Part shown: positions 61,768 through 64,000 of the stretch, piece by piece
Numbering within the stretch: position 1 is the first letter of the stretch
How the letters are laid out: each line of letters opens with the position of its first letter
NCBI GenBank assembly: GCA_002269645.1
Contig: NIVC01001794.1
Coordinates: 124,001 to 188,000, forward strand
Source: Macrostomum lignano
Taxonomy: Eukaryota
Length of the DNA: 64,000 nt
Direction: 5' to 3'
Notes under the pieces: model-generated
Databases searched by the model: none
Seen by the model: the letters and a program-made list of their open reading frames with translations, nothing else
What the model was told of the DNA's origin: nothing
Translations under genes and position numbers: made by a program

Positions 61768-62836
61768 GAATGGAAGAGGCACAGCGGTGTATCAGATCCT
61801 CAGACAGATGGAAAACTTTGGGAAACTCCTGTGGCTTTAGCCAAGGGAACTCAGCATGGCCTTTTAGGGGGCTGAACTCTGCTCATATTTATAGAGAAAA
61901 ATTCAGTCGTTATTCACAGGGATGTGAAAATTCATTTTGTTGAAAAATATGTTTTTAATTAACTATGAAAATGCCTTGTTTTCTTTCACAAAGTGCTCAA
62001 AACATATTATAGCTTCTAGAATATTATAGTAAATAGTATTTTTTGGACAAGTCCTTTTCGCCAAATATTTTCGTGTTTTCATTGGATATTAAAACTCGAA
62101 AAACATGGGCGATTGTTTCGATTGTTGCAGCCGAGTTTCTTATACGAGCTACAATAGGCACAGTTGCATCCTTTTTGTATAATTTTCGGCCTATTTCATA
62201 GCAGATAGTTCACTGGTGAACAGTAAATCAAACTACTGTTTGAAATGAATGCATGAAGTCATCAAAACCATCTGCTTTTTTAATTTTTGCAGCATCCTAA
62301 GCATTTTTAAGAATGACGCGTGCGTTTCTTCCAAATGAGTATTTTTAGACGCGAGCCACACTTACTTGCACTCGTGACAAAACATTCACTGCTAGAGCCG
62401 GTACAGCGAGTTCGGCACTGCTACATTGTTGATACTGAATACACATTGCAGACTGCTGCCCCTGCAGTTCTTGCCTGTTTATGACAACAAACAGCTAGTC
62501 AACATTTTGATATTCACATTCGGTACCAACGCAGTTTCTATGCAGTATTCAGCAGTGTACAAAAGGGGCTTCACATTTTGATGCTATGAATGTTAGCTAG
62601 CCAACAAATTTAAACAAACCTAAGCTGTAGAAAACCTAAATCGGATTAGCCACTGGGTCAGTTTCAACAAGCGCGACTCCTTTCATTCACTCTTAGCCGA
62701 TGTTGACTATCCTATGGGTCAAAATCGCATGCACGAAACTGGCAGAGTTGGCAAACTGTGAGAAAGATGAATAAAGGAGTGAGTGGGCAGAAGGCTGGTG
62801 GCAGAATTATTTTGCAGTCTTTTCTTGATGGTATCT

Positions 62837-64000
62837 GTTGACATCAATCTAAAAGTCTAATCATGAGAATATTAATCATGCAAAATACATGTAAACTGTA
62901 CATGTGCCAATGGAGTAGCACGGACGACATGGAGGTACAAGAAGATAGCAATAGCGACGAAGTTCTTCTTCTCCCCGATGCAGCGTTAGGGGTCGCCGCG
63001 GTCGCCGTGCTGCCGTCGATGATGCTGTCCGCAACTGGTTGATAAGGACCTTCCGCTCTGCGGCTACGGCGCTCTGCGGCTACGGCGCTCTGCCGCTTCA
63101 GCGGCGCTGAGGGTCGTCGGGACGTCGACCTGGTCGAGGCAGACGGCGCTGGCGGAACTTGGTCCGCGCGTTCATTCCCGGCGACTCCAAAGTGCGCAGC
63201 GACCCAGATAAACCTGGGTGGGCGCCAGGTGGATAGGGGATGGCGCTCAGACAATGGCGAAGGGCCCGGTGTTGTGTTGAGAAAGTCAGACTGACGTGAA
63301 AGACACGAGCTTAATCTCAATTTGGCATTCAGACTTGCATATTTATACTCCAGCCAGTGACAAATCGATATTGACAAACATATGCACATAACTGTGTGTG
63401 TATGTACGCATGCAAACGCATAACGCAAGCCATCTACACAACATTCATTCTCCAACTTACAAGGAAAAATTGAAAACGAAAGGCTTGAAATTCGAAAGTC
63501 CTTTGCAGTCATTACAATCCTTAAGTCACCACATTCCCATATCACTGCGGCGGAGCCCGACTCCTCGCATTCCCTCGAATCGCCGTGGGTGCTCGTTGAT
63601 CCGGCAGCAGCTCTTCAGCCGACATCTGAAGGGGGGCCGGCGCGGGCCGCTGCACCCGCACGCAGCTGTCGACGTGCACCCGAAAGTCGTTGCTGAGGAT
63701 CACTGTGGTGGCGCTCGCGATTCTCGAGATCTCCAGCGGCTCGGACAGCTAGCTACTCAGCTTGCCACGCGCGAACGGCCGCCTCAAGCGCACCCAGTCG
63801 CCGACCTTGAACGTCAGCGGTGACCTCCTGGTCGAGTTGAGCTTGCTCAAGACTCGCTGCTGCTTCTGCTAGTTTGTGCTGCGATGGCGTCCTTGGTTGC
63901 AGTGCCGTCAGTGGGGTACTGATTTTCCGGCCTGTCATCAGCTCCGCCGGTGACACCCCTGTCAGTGCGTGTGGGGTGGCCCAGCACAGCAGTGCCCTCA
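62837..64000 (-). mobile_element. 3' end of a decayed Ty3/Gypsy element (integrase C-terminus, possible PPT/LTR remnant); runs off the window
   Basis: TPHALTGVSPAELMTGRKISTPL and FKVGDWVRLRRP (integrase C-terminal motifs); purine run ggggagaagaag (minus, ~62963-62975) as a candidate PPT; ...tgtcaaca end at 62837. Confidence 0.65.

Overview
Eukaryotic, intron-containing, TE-rich animal DNA. It is probably from a ciliated invertebrate, and the style is flatworm-like, but the species cannot be determined from sequence alone. There are three host genes. (1) A giant minus-strand gene (48455->10304) that I assembled by hand into 25 GT-AG exons with consistent phases (14,442 nt, about 4,813 aa). It encodes a signal peptide, six tandem copies of a ~400-aa Cys-rich module that I do not recognise (each a 99-nt exon plus a 1107/1128-nt exon), a Thr-rich linker, DCxG-type Cys repeats, an Ig/IPT-like region, a REJ domain, a GAIN/GPS motif, an S/T stalk, a SEA-like domain, a single TM helix and a short tail. 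(2) RSPH14/RTDR1 (plus strand, 6 exons). (3) An ADAM metalloprotease (minus strand) with an intact HEVGHNLGFLH zinc site that ends in a GPI-signal-like tail. Mobile DNA includes a Mutator-like transposase pseudogene split by a Penelope-like element that carries a hammerhead ribozyme, and a tRNA-derived SINE. An 11.5-kb intron holds a nested stack of elements: CsRN1-like Gypsy, an RNase H LINE, a P-like MITE, a Mag-like Gypsy, two MITEs and a DIRS fragment. There is also a very recent ~2.5-kb tandem triplication of exons and many mini/microsatellites. Most short ORFs in the six-frame track are antisense shadows or repeat translations.
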